A stretch of 64,000 nt of DNA. Source: an uncultured Fluviicola sp. (lineage in GTDB: Bacteria > Bacteroidota > Bacteroidia > Flavobacteriales_D > Crocinitomicaceae). The stretch lies in contig CAZPDT010000016.1 of assembly GCA_964585545.1 (NCBI GenBank), forward strand, positions 17,845-81,844. The letters are read 5' to 3'. The notes under the pieces were generated by a model. It saw nothing but the letters and a program-made list of their open reading frames with translations, did not search any database and had not been told where the DNA came from. The stretch's first letter is position 1; each line of letters starts with the position of its first letter. Below, piece after piece: positions 48,684 to 59,100 of this stretch. A program made the position numbers and the translations under genes.

Positions 48684-49003
48684 ACAACTAATAGTCTGCA
48701 CTTTAAAATCTGTAACTCACACGGACAGGAATTTCTATGTTTTAAATGAAAGCTTTTGTCAAAATCAATACTTAAAACCGCATTATCTCATCAAATTAGA
48801 AACTCAAAAGTGTCCCAATTTGATAAAACAACATATTTCTATAAATAGAAAGTCTAGTTTTTAGAAATACAATCACAAGTTTTCTTATTGAATCCCCATA
48901 GTTTTTTTAGGCTTCGAACCCGCCACCAAAGGCAGAGTTCAACACCAAGCACAATGAACTCAAGCCTTACTTGACCTCATTGATGCTTAATTGTTACCCA
49001 CAG

Positions 49004-50119
49004 TTATTTTTCCATTTTCTGTATTTCAGGGACAATATATTCGTTCATTAGTTTTGTCGTTTGATTATGTGATTCCATTCCTCCGTTGTAATAAGTACTT
49101 GTTAGAACAACTACCAATTCGAGTTCAGGAATAACTACAATTTTATTTCCACCTGTTCCCGACATAAAATAAGCCTTTTCTTTTTGTTCTTGCCCAAATT
49201 TGGATAACCACCATAAATAACCATATTCATAATCAAACATTCCAACTTCTGCGTGAGGTTCAGTGGATTTTTGTACAAATTCTTCTGAAATGATTTGATT
49301 GTCATTCCATTTTCCACCGTTTAGATATAATTGTCCGATTTTTAAAAGGTCACGACTTTTTAATCCTAAACCACCTCCTGTCATTGGTAATCCTGTCGGT
49401 GTCATCTGCCAATGATAGTCAGTAATTCCTAATTTTGAAAATAATGCTCTGTCAGCGTAATTTTCTAATGAGCCTGTTACACTGTTTATTATGTCTCCTA
49501 AAACAACAACTCCTGCGGTACAATAACTAAAACTCCGTCCATATTTTGAATCTTTCGGTTTTGTTTTCCATTCAGGAAAACCTTTGATTGGTAAATCCCA
49601 ATAGAATTTAACCCAATCCTCAATTATGTACATCTTCTCTTCTTGACCACGCGAATTTTGGTCCCAATCATCACATTCTAAAATAGATGACATTGTAAGT
49701 AAATCTTCAATGGTAATTTCATCTTTTCGTTTGTCAGGATACTGCAAGTCTTTAACTTTTGAATATTGAGATGCTTTTTCATCAACTGATTTTAGTGAAC
49801 CGTCTTGAATTAAACTTCCGATTAATGTTCCTGTAATTGTTTTTGTCGCAGAACGAGTATTGTGTTTTGTGTCTGAACTATTGTCATTGTAGTAATTTTC
49901 AAAGACAATTTTCCCTTTATGAGCAACAACCACACTTGAGATGTTTTTAAACTCATTGTTTGAAATAAGACTATCCATTTTTTCAATAGTCGGGTTGTCC
50001 TTTAATATGCTTTCAGTTTTCCAACCGTCATTAGTTGTTTTAGGGTTGAATGGATTGCTTTGTGCATTTGTAACAAGGTTTATAGATAAGAAGAGAATTA
50101 GAAATATTGATTGTTTCAT
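49004..50119 (-). CDS. Beta-lactamase-fold serine hydrolase (secreted)
   Basis: It has a signal peptide, the SxxK motif in TRSATKTITG, and class C / PBP-like length and layout. The substrate is unknown. Confidence 0.6.
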   Translation of the reverse strand: MKQSIFLILFLSINLVTNAQSNPFNPKTTNDGWKTESILKDNPTIEKMDSLISNNEFKNISSVVVAHKGKIVFENYYNDNSSDTKHNTRSATKTITGTLIGSLIQDGSLKSVDEKASQYSKVKDLQYPDKRKDEITIEDLLTMSSILECDDWDQNSRGQEEKMYIIEDWVKFYWDLPIKGFPEWKTKPKDSKYGRSFSYCTAGVVVLGDIINSVTGSLENYADRALFSKLGITDYHWQMTPTGLPMTGGGLGLKSRDLLKIGQLYLNGGKWNDNQIISEEFVQKSTEPHAEVGMFDYEYGYLWWLSKFGQEQKEKAYFMSGTGGNKIVVIPELELVVVLTSTYYNGGMESHNQTTKLMNEYIVPEIQKMEK

Positions 50120-51103
50120 TTAGATTTTTTGATTGATGATTACTTTGATAAGTTGTTAGTTTTTATTTTTAGTTACAATTTTCGTTTCTAATTGTGGGTA
50201 ACAATTGGCTATACGCAATTGCGCATATTCCACTTTTATCATTTCCACCAAATATAACATTAATTTCAATACTCAACCTCAACTACAACAGGTCTTTTAA
50301 ATTGATTGTAAAAAAAGTAAAATATTTAAATCAATTCCTACCCGAATAATTATACGTATAATAAACGTTTAATTCTACGCTTATTACTCCAACACGAAGC
50401 TTCGATTCCCACCCCGACGAAAACCGGTGGCTTTGTGAAGTTGTTTTTGTTGTAAACAAGCTAATTTGTGGAGCGACCTTGTGAAGCTCCCGCAAAAAGC
50501 ATTGTTTGCCAAAAAGAACGAGCAGACTTAAGGTAGTAGGCGGAAAAGGTGGCCAAATAATAATCATTTGAGTTTAAATCAATCACATTTTTAAACTCTA
50601 CCTCGATTGGTCAACAATCTGTTGACTTATTTTAGAGTCACAAGGTTTTTATATTTGAGTAACAAGTTGTTGTCTAATTTTTATGAGAGAGCAATATTCA
50701 AATTTATAACAGTGCATCTATAATCAACATTACACTAAAAAAAGTAAAAATCTTTTTGCCTGAAAGTATGTTCTTGCAGATCAATCGTTCATAAATCATC
50801 AACCTTCAAAAAGTTGATTCTTACGGAAAAAGCAATCTTTCTATTGGTAAAAATAAATTTACTGTGAGTGATACTTTTAGAGAAGGCTACGGTAAGTCAA
50901 AGGTGAGGATGGTGTAAACATCGGATTTTAAGGGAGGAGTAACACCTTATTATATTGAAAAAACAATAGTTTCTAACTGAATAAGGTGTTTTGCTAATCA
51001 GGTAGCACCTTACTCCACAAGCTACAACACCTCCCCACATTTCAACATCGCTGCTCTGCAATATGGGATTCTAATTTCTCTCGATTTAATGGAATTATTC
51101 CTC

Positions 51104-53104
51104 TTATCTCCTCCCAATTTTACGTCTCAACAATTGCGCATTCAAGGCACAAACTATTGTACTCACACTCATCAATGCCGCTCCAAAAGCAGGGCTAATC
51201 ATTAGACCTGGAATAAAGCCAGTTGCTAAAGGCAAAGCGATAACGTTATAACCTGTAGCCCAAACTAAGTTTTGAACCATTTTTTGATAAGTCGCTTTTC
51301 CAAATAGAATTAAGTTTACAATGTCTTTTGGGTCACTGTCCATTAATATAATATCTGCAGTTTCGGCAGCAACATCAGTTCCAGAACCAATTGCAATTCC
51401 AACATTTGCTTGAGCTAAAGCAGGCGCGTCATTTACACCATCACCAACCATGGCAACAAATTCATTTCTCGCTTGAAGTTCTTTGATTTTCTCCAATTTT
51501 TGATCGGGGAGGACTTCTGACATATAATCGTCAAGTCCCAATTTATCGGCTACATATTTGGCTACGATCTCGTTATCTCCCGTGAGTAAAGAAGTTTTTA
51601 TGTTGTGTGCATGAAGGGTTTTAATAGCATCATAAGAGCTCTCTCTAATTTCATCTGCAAAGGTTATAAAGCCAATTAATTCTCCATCCACAAAAGTGAA
51701 GATTTTGGTTTCAATTCCTTCGTTTTCATCTTTATCTACCTTTTTATCCATTTGCTCTAACAACAAATATCCTCCTGCTTGCACTTCCTTTCCATTTACG
51801 ATTCCACGAACACCAATTCCAGCATTATACTTGAAATCAGTAACAGAAGGAATTTCTAATTTATCTTCCTTTGCTTTTCGTGTTAAACCTTTAGAAATAT
51901 GATGTTCAGAAGGACTTTCTACTGCCGCTGCATAAGTTAAAAGTTCCGTTTCCGTATAGTCAGAATGAAGCGAAACTATACGTGTGATTTCATGTGAACC
52001 TTTGGTTAAAGTTCCTGTTTTATCAAACACTATAGTTGAAATTTTACGCGATGATTCAAAAGCAGTTCTATTGCGTATTAATAAACCATTTTGAGCAGAA
52101 ATACTTGTAGAAATTGAAGCCACAAGTGGAATGGCTAATCCCAATGCATGTGGACAACAAATCACCATCACTGTTACCATGCGCTCCATTGAAAACGCAA
52201 GGTTTTCACCCAATGCCAACCATGTAAAGAAAGTTCCAAAACCTAAAACTAGCGCTACAATTGTCAACCATTTAGCTGCGGTGTCAGCGAGGCGTTGCGT
52301 TTTTGACTTTTGCTTTTGAGCAGTTTGTACCATATTGATCACCTTGGAGAGATAAGCCTCTTCTCCAATTCCTTTAACACGAACCTTTACAACCCCGTTT
52401 CCATTGATGGCACCACCAATTACTTCATCATTGACCGTTTTAGTAACAGGTTTACTTTCCCCTGTTAACATACTTTCATTGAGGTCACTTTCTCCTTCAA
52501 CAATTACTCCATCGGCAGGTACTTTCTCACCCGGTCGAATTAAAATTATATCGTCTTCTTTTAAATCACCAATACTTACTTTACGTGTTTGATCATCTTC
52601 TACTAGATTAGCTTCGTTGGGCATCAAATCTGCTAAGGCTTCCAAGGCTTTACTTGCCCCTAATACAGAACGCATTTCAAGCCAATGTCCGAGCAACATT
52701 ACATCTATAAGTGTAGCTAATTCCCAAAAGAAAGTTTGACCTTCAAATCCAAAAACAACCGCAACACTGTAAAAGTAAGCAGCAGAAATAGCGACCGCAA
52801 TAAGGGTCATCATTCCAATGGCTTTGTCTTTTAATTCACTGACTAGGCCTGTCAAGAAAGGCCATCCTCCATAAAAATAGACAATACTCGATAAACCGAA
52901 AAGGACATAATTACTTCCAGGAAATCTCCATTCTACGCCTAGTACTCCTTGAATCATTGGAGCTAAAGCCAAAATGGGGAGCGTTAAAATCAAGGAAATC
53001 CAAAATTTACGTTTATAATCCTTAATCATCATTTCGTGATGTTCATTTCCCATGTCATCGTGGTTAGAATGGTCCATTTCGTTGTGGTTTTCATGTTGTT
53101 TCAT
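51104..53104 (-). CDS. copB: Copper-translocating P1B-type ATPase, CopB-like (His-rich N-terminus, CPH motif)
   Basis: The N-terminus is His-rich (MKQHENHNEMDHSNHDDMGNEHHEMM). The TM6 motif is CCPHALGLAIP. Also present are DKTGTLT, the TGES actuator motif and GDGVNDAPAL. Confidence 0.85.
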   Translation of the reverse strand: MKQHENHNEMDHSNHDDMGNEHHEMMIKDYKRKFWISLILTLPILALAPMIQGVLGVEWRFPGSNYVLFGLSSIVYFYGGWPFLTGLVSELKDKAIGMMTLIAVAISAAYFYSVAVVFGFEGQTFFWELATLIDVMLLGHWLEMRSVLGASKALEALADLMPNEANLVEDDQTRKVSIGDLKEDDIILIRPGEKVPADGVIVEGESDLNESMLTGESKPVTKTVNDEVIGGAINGNGVVKVRVKGIGEEAYLSKVINMVQTAQKQKSKTQRLADTAAKWLTIVALVLGFGTFFTWLALGENLAFSMERMVTVMVICCPHALGLAIPLVASISTSISAQNGLLIRNRTAFESSRKISTIVFDKTGTLTKGSHEITRIVSLHSDYTETELLTYAAAVESPSEHHISKGLTRKAKEDKLEIPSVTDFKYNAGIGVRGIVNGKEVQAGGYLLLEQMDKKVDKDENEGIETKIFTFVDGELIGFITFADEIRESSYDAIKTLHAHNIKTSLLTGDNEIVAKYVADKLGLDDYMSEVLPDQKLEKIKELQARNEFVAMVGDGVNDAPALAQANVGIAIGSGTDVAAETADIILMDSDPKDIVNLILFGKATYQKMVQNLVWATGYNVIALPLATGFIPGLMISPAFGAALMSVSTIVCALNAQLLRRKIGRR

Positions 53105-53164
53105 AATATCTATTTTTATAAAAAAAGTCTTTAGGGTGAGGTTAAGAATATATTTAAATTTTTT

Positions 53165-54922
53165 CTATTTAATAACTTGTTTCACCTCCCCACATTTCAA
53201 CATTGCTTCTCCAAAATAGGGGTTCTCGATTTCCTCCTCACTACTGATCCAATCTGCTCCTTTGTTGTCATTCGCCATTGGGCAGTGTTCTATATAGAGT
53301 GGTTTTTCCAATGGTTCAAATGTGATTAACAACATGATCATTGGGTCGGAAACGTTCTTAAAAATTATTCTTAATTCTCCTATGTCTTTTGCTTCGTGGA
53401 CGCGCATTAATGCTTCGTCTATAAGCTGACTATGTTTCATCCAAAAGTTATGGGCTTCCCCTTTAAAAATCTTCATATCTATATTGTTTAAAGCGGTTTC
53501 CATAGCTTTTGCACTCGAAATGCTTTGTTCAAAATTATCGGCGACTAACTGATTTTTATATTCCAAGTAAGCTTCAAAAACAGGTTTTAATGCAGTTTTT
53601 GCTTTGTCGCTAATTTCGATTTTTTCTGTATTTGAAGTTTTAGCAGAGGACGTTTCTCCGTGATTATGTCCCGTAACTGGCTTGCCACCTTCAGGACTCA
53701 TCATGCTGGGTTTTCCTGCCAACTGTGCTGCGGCATCAATGCTGAAGGTTCCGTTGGTAGCAATTTCTTCGCCTACTTCCAATCCTTCTTTTATGATGTA
53801 GCTATCTCCCAAGGAAGATCCTAAAGTCACTTTGCGCATGAGAAAACTCACTTGTTCTGAACTACTGGTTTTTACATACACCAATGATCTTTCTCCCGTC
53901 CACATTACCGCAGATTTGGGCACAATAATCACTTTTTCTTGTTGCTCCAATTCGCTTTTTACAATTCCTCGAACAAACATATCGGGTTTTAATCTTTTCC
54001 CTGGGTTCTTGATAATGACCCTAGCCGATGCAACTCTTGTTTTGGAATTGATAACAGGATCGATAAAAGAGACTTCGCCGTTAAAAGTTTCGTTAGGCAA
54101 GGAGCGAACAGTAAACTCCACTTTGTCGCCTTTTTTTACCCACGGAATATCACTTTCGTAAACATCAAAAAGCACCCAAACGGTACTGATATCTGCAATT
54201 TCATAGAGCGATTCTCCTTTTTTAATGTAATCGCCGAGATTGATGTTTTTCTTTGTTACGATTCCTGAAACATCAGCCAAAATTGGAAATTGTTCTTGAA
54301 TCTCTCCAATCTTTATGATCTGATCAATTTGCTTTTGCGTCAGTTTCCAATTTTGCAGTTTTTCTTTGGCGGCTTTATATAAAGAAGGTTGTTCTTCTTT
54401 TATTTTTTTCGCCTCAAATAATTCCTCTTGGGCAGCCACCAATTCTGGAGAATAGATGTACGCCAAAATTTGTCCCTTTTGAATGGATTCTCCTGTAAAG
54501 TTTACCGTGAGTCTTTCAATTCTTCCCGGAATATGAGAAGATTGAGAATACACTTTTCTTTCATCGGTTTTTACCTTTCCATTCATTCTTACTTCCTTGA
54601 TAGGCTTTTGTTTAGAAACAATGGAAGTTTGTACAGAAGCCAATTGCTTAGCAGTAGGCGACATCTTGATTTCCATTGGGTCTCCGCCCTCATTTTTGTC
54701 ATCGCTTAAAGGAATTAATTCCATTCCACATATCGGGCAGTCGCCAGGTTCTTGACTTCTAATTTGTGGATGCATGGAACACGTCCAAATGGTTTCTTCG
54801 TTGTGGTCGTGTTGTTCTGCTTGTGAAGTACTCTCTTCGGAAGAGCCAAAAATTAGCCAACCAAAAAATAATCCTATAATTAAAGTGGATAAAGCGATAT
54901 ATGTTGTCTTTCTATTTTTCAT
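53165..54922 (-). CDS. cusB: Efflux RND periplasmic adaptor (CusB-like) with an N-terminal metal-binding module and a C-terminal DUF3347-like extension
   Basis: WTCSMHPQIRSQEPGDCPICGMELIP (metal-binding motif), an HlyD-type barrel-sandwich core, and the C-terminal NPYFGEAMLKCGEV motif. Confidence 0.8.
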   Translation of the reverse strand: MKNRKTTYIALSTLIIGLFFGWLIFGSSEESTSQAEQHDHNEETIWTCSMHPQIRSQEPGDCPICGMELIPLSDDKNEGGDPMEIKMSPTAKQLASVQTSIVSKQKPIKEVRMNGKVKTDERKVYSQSSHIPGRIERLTVNFTGESIQKGQILAYIYSPELVAAQEELFEAKKIKEEQPSLYKAAKEKLQNWKLTQKQIDQIIKIGEIQEQFPILADVSGIVTKKNINLGDYIKKGESLYEIADISTVWVLFDVYESDIPWVKKGDKVEFTVRSLPNETFNGEVSFIDPVINSKTRVASARVIIKNPGKRLKPDMFVRGIVKSELEQQEKVIIVPKSAVMWTGERSLVYVKTSSSEQVSFLMRKVTLGSSLGDSYIIKEGLEVGEEIATNGTFSIDAAAQLAGKPSMMSPEGGKPVTGHNHGETSSAKTSNTEKIEISDKAKTALKPVFEAYLEYKNQLVADNFEQSISSAKAMETALNNIDMKIFKGEAHNFWMKHSQLIDEALMRVHEAKDIGELRIIFKNVSDPMIMLLITFEPLEKPLYIEHCPMANDNKGADWISSEEEIENPYFGEAMLKCGEVKQVIK

Positions 54923-54923
54923 T

Positions 54924-56129
54924 TTATTCTGATTTTGCTGTTAAATAATCGAGTCTTGCTAAAGCGGTATAAAAGTCTTTTACAGCCTTTGCTTTTCCTA
55001 TTTGATAAGTAATTAAATCTTGTTGCATGCGCAGTATTTCTTCAAAATTTTCACCCGAATTACTGTATTCCACTTCGAGCAGATGAATGACTTGTTTGGT
55101 TTTTTCGATTTGCTTTTGATAGAGTAAAAACTTTTCTTTAGCATGATCCAAATCGTACCTTGTCATTTCGTAATTGGAAATTAATTCATTTTCAAAGTCT
55201 TGTTTATAAAATTCAATGGCGTCTTGTTTCAATTGCGCTTCTTTTTTCAAGGCTTTGTATCTATTTCTGTAAATAGGAAGAGAGATACTCACCATAGGCA
55301 TTACCATGTTTTGAGCATCGGGCATAAATCCATAATCCAAACCTACACCGAAACTAGGTGCTCCTTCTTTATTGGCTAAGGTTTCCGAAGCTTGAGCGGA
55401 CTGATATTCTAAATCCAAAGCTTTTAAACTGGGATGATTTTCCAACAAGCTGTCTCTTCTATAATTTAAAGGAATATCCGCTATTTGGATTATTTCTTCA
55501 ATTTCTATTGCGGCTGTATCTGATTTATTCAACAGCCTATTGAAACGCACCGTAAAAGGTTTGATCTTTTCTTCGAGCAACTTAATTTCTGTGGTGGTGC
55601 TTTCAATTTTGATATCCACCCGCAGCACATCGGCCATACTGTTTTTGCCAACTTTAAATCCCGTTGTGGCGAGTTGCTTATAACTTAACAACACCTTTTT
55701 ATTCTCCTTTTGCAATTTTATTTCCTGATGCAATTCGTAAAGCGGATACCAAGCCGACTTTACCTCCATAAACAGTTGATTGCGTTCATTTATAAATTCC
55801 TGATAAAGTGCTTCGGATTGAAGTTCATATACACTGCCCGAGGTTTTTAACGTACCAAACCAAGGAATCGTTTGTTGAATGCCTAAGCCTGCTTTTTGAT
55901 TTCCTGGATGAGGTGTACTTGGACTAACCAGATAGCTAAATGAAATACTTGGATTGGGCAAAGAATTGACTTGCGCAACTTTTTCCACACTCGCTTCAAA
56001 ATCGGCATACTTCGCTTTAAGTAATGGATTGTTTTCTGCAGCTTCCTCTAAATATTTATCCAGAGATTGCGAAAATCCATTCCCAATTATTCCTATGAAA
56101 ATCAATAAGATTTTTAAATATCGTTTCAT
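54924..56129 (-). CDS. cusC: TolC-like outer-membrane efflux protein (CusC-like)
   Basis: It has a signal peptide and two OEP-type coiled-coil repeats. It sits between the adaptor and RND pump genes, with a 4-nt overlap with cusA. Confidence 0.75.
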   Translation of the reverse strand: MKRYLKILLIFIGIIGNGFSQSLDKYLEEAAENNPLLKAKYADFEASVEKVAQVNSLPNPSISFSYLVSPSTPHPGNQKAGLGIQQTIPWFGTLKTSGSVYELQSEALYQEFINERNQLFMEVKSAWYPLYELHQEIKLQKENKKVLLSYKQLATTGFKVGKNSMADVLRVDIKIESTTTEIKLLEEKIKPFTVRFNRLLNKSDTAAIEIEEIIQIADIPLNYRRDSLLENHPSLKALDLEYQSAQASETLANKEGAPSFGVGLDYGFMPDAQNMVMPMVSISLPIYRNRYKALKKEAQLKQDAIEFYKQDFENELISNYEMTRYDLDHAKEKFLLYQKQIEKTKQVIHLLEVEYSNSGENFEEILRMQQDLITYQIGKAKAVKDFYTALARLDYLTAKSE

Positions 56130-59100
56130 TTCGATTCTTTTTTAAGTTTATATTCTTCTTTCCAGTAGTATAAAACTGGCACAATAAAATAAGTGATTGA
56201 AGCCAACAACATTCCTCCAAAAGCGGGAATAGCCATTGGAATCATAATGTCGGATCCTCTTCCTGTTGAGGTGAGAATGGGCAACAAGGCAATAATGGTT
56301 GTGGCAGAAGTCATAATTGCAGGTTTAATTCTTCGCTGGCCTGCAATAACCACCACTTCTTTTATTTCTTCAATTGAATTTGTTTTGTTTCTTTTAAAAC
56401 TTTGATCGAGGTAAGTTCCCATTAAAACTCCATCATCGGTAGCAATACCAAACAAGGCAATGAAACCAACCCAAACAGCGACACTCATGTTCACGGCTTT
56501 CATTTGGAAGAGTTCCCTCATGTTCATTCCGAAGAAGTTAAAATTCAAGAACCAATCTTGTCCGTAGAACCAAAGAATGATGAATCCACCACTGAATGCC
56601 ATGGCAATTCCTGTGAAAATCATCAGGGAAGTACTTACCGATCTAAATTGGAAGTAAAGAATGAGGAAAATCACCACAAGCACCAGCGGAACAATGATGG
56701 CCAAACGTTCTTCAGCCCTCACTTGATTCTCATAATTTCCGGAGAATTCATAATTCACTCCGCTTGGAACGATTAATTCACCATTATCGATTTTGTCTTT
56801 AATAAAACGCTGTGCATCTTCCACAACATCTACTTCCGCAGCGTCATCTTTTTTGTCGAAGAGTACAAAACCTACGAGAAAGGTATTTTCACTTTTTATC
56901 ATTTGTGGACCACGAACATATTCAATATCCACCAATTCAATCAATGGAACTTGAACTCCCGTTGGAGTGGGTACAAATACTTTCTCCAGCTGACTAGGAT
57001 CATCGCGGAGTTCTCGTGGATAGCGTACACGCACAGGAAATCTTTTACGTCCTTCTACAGTTGACGTAATTTCCATTCCACCAACAGCCGTTTCCAAGGT
57101 TTGTTGCACATCTTCAATATTCAATCCATACCTGGAAATAGCATCTCTATCAATATCGAAATGTAAATAAGGTTTACCTACAATTCTGTCCGCAAATACA
57201 GCTTCTTTTTTTACTGAAGGAACTTCTTTCAAGATCGATTCAAGCTGCATTCCGAAATCTTCAATTGTTTCGAGATCCGGACCAAAAACTTTGATTCCCA
57301 TTGGTGCTCTCATTCCCGTTTGAAGCATCACTAATCGTGTTTCAATCGGTTGAAGTTTTGGTGCAGAAGTTACTCCTGGAATATTTGTCACTTTAATTAT
57401 TTCATCCCAAATATCATCTGGAGAACGAATGTTCTCTCTCCAATTTCGGAAATACTGTCCTGAATCGTCTGAAATTAAGTCTTCTCGGCCAATGTTTTTA
57501 TGAATTGCTTCTTCAGTACTGAGTGTATCGCCATTTTTTAGAATAAAGTTATTGTCCTCATCTACTTTAAAGCGTTCACGGTGACCTTTTTTGTTGAGAA
57601 TGTATTCCGATTTATAATTGATTACATTCTCATACATTGAAATTGGAGCAGGATCTAAGGCAGACTCAACCCTTCCCATTTTCCCCACTGACAATTCAAC
57701 TTCTGGAATATTAGACAAAAGCATATCCAATTGTTGAATTACTTGTTTGTTTTGCTCAATTCCCGCATGTGGCATGGAAGTCGGCATCAGTAAAAAGCTT
57801 CCTTCATCTAAGGATGGCATGAACTCTTTTCCTAGACCAGGCATAGAATGGTTGAGTCCAGACCAAACTGAAGTCGTTCGAATGTTGACTCCAACTTTGT
57901 CAAATCCAGTGGCTATAAATCCAAACATTGTGTTGAATCCCATCCAAATTGTGGCTCCAAACAGAATTAAGAACGAAGGAATCAGTAAAAACTTGACTTT
58001 ATTGTTCAAGCACCAATGTAAGATTTTGGTATAATACTTTTCAAGGAAATAGAAAGCTCCTAGAATTAACGTGACAATAAGTCCTACGAACAAGAAGTTC
58101 ATAAAAAGAGAATTGCTTGGACCTAGTGGCATCCAATATTTGGCTAACAACCAAACTACAGAAACCACGGTGATATATACCGTAAGGTTTTTGGAGATTC
58201 GATTTTGTTTGCTGTACTCGGTGATAAACCAAGCTATTCCAAAAGCCAACAAAGTTAAACCGCCCCACAAACTCATCCACATAGCAACAAATAACCCACC
58301 TACAATTAGCAGTGTATTGAGTACAATTCCTTTGGTGTTTTTCTTGATGTTAATTTTAAAAACTAAATGAGTAAGGGTGGGAAGAATTATCAAAACGACA
58401 ATTAAGGAAGCCAAAAGCGCAAAGGTTTTTGTAAACGCTAAAGGACGGAATAGTTTTCCTTCTGCAGCTTCCATGGTAAAGACAGGGATAAAACTCACAA
58501 TTGTTGTGGTTACCGCTGTCAAAATAGCTGAACTTACTTCTGCCACTCCATTATAGACCGTATCAATTAGTTTTTGGCTTTTGGGAGATTCTTTAATATG
58601 TTTTATGACGTTTTCAGAGAGAATAATTCCCAAATCGACCATGGTTCCAATGGCAATTGCAATTCCCGATAAGGCTACAATATTGGCATCGACATTGAAA
58701 TAGCGCATGGCAATAAAAACCATCAAGATGGCAACAGGAAGCAAACTTGAAATAAGAATGGAAGCGCGTAAATTGAGTACCATCACCACAACGACTAAAA
58801 CCACAATCAATAATTCGAGTGACAATGCTTCTTCCAAGGTTCCAATGGTTTCATTGATGAGTTCCGTTCGGTCATAGAAAGGCACAATAGTCAATTGACT
58901 TTCTGTTCCATCGGCTAAGGTTTTCTTGGGTAATCCACTGGCAATTTCATCTACTTTATCTTTAATATTATTGATGACTTGTAAAGGATTAGCTCCGTAT
59001 CTTGCCACAGCAACACCACCTACAACTTCAGCACCGTCTTTATCTAATAATCCACGTCGGGTAGAAGGTCCCAAGTTTACCACCGCAATGTCTTTGATTC

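Larger units (their letters stand above)
46526..48966 (+). mobile_element. Composite element: tyrosine integrase plus IS91-family (Y2 HUH) transposase, copy 1
   Basis: Identity with copy 2 starts at TGTTGAACTC (46526). An inverted copy GAGTTCAACA lies at 48935-48944. A direct, imperfect copy of the left end follows at 48954-48970 (ATGAACTCAAGCCTTAC vs TTGAACTCAACCTTCGG). Confidence 0.6.

Noticed and set aside
33780-50230. Integron-like cassette array (attC-like palindromes between single genes, with a tyrosine recombinase nearby).
   Set aside because: The palindromes do not fit the RYYYAAC...GTTRRRY core-site consensus. The recombinase has a generic SAM-like-plus-catalytic-domain layout paired with an IS91 transposase, and I saw no sign of the IntI-specific insertion. 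Gene orientations and sizes (an 8-kb operon) are also not cassette-like. The repeats are reported instead as unexplained structured elements.
50395-50440. A TTCGATTCC string resembling a tRNA/tmRNA T-loop. It would be a possible island integration target.
   Set aside because: The flanking bases cannot form a T-stem or acceptor stem on either strand, and no cloverleaf can be drawn.
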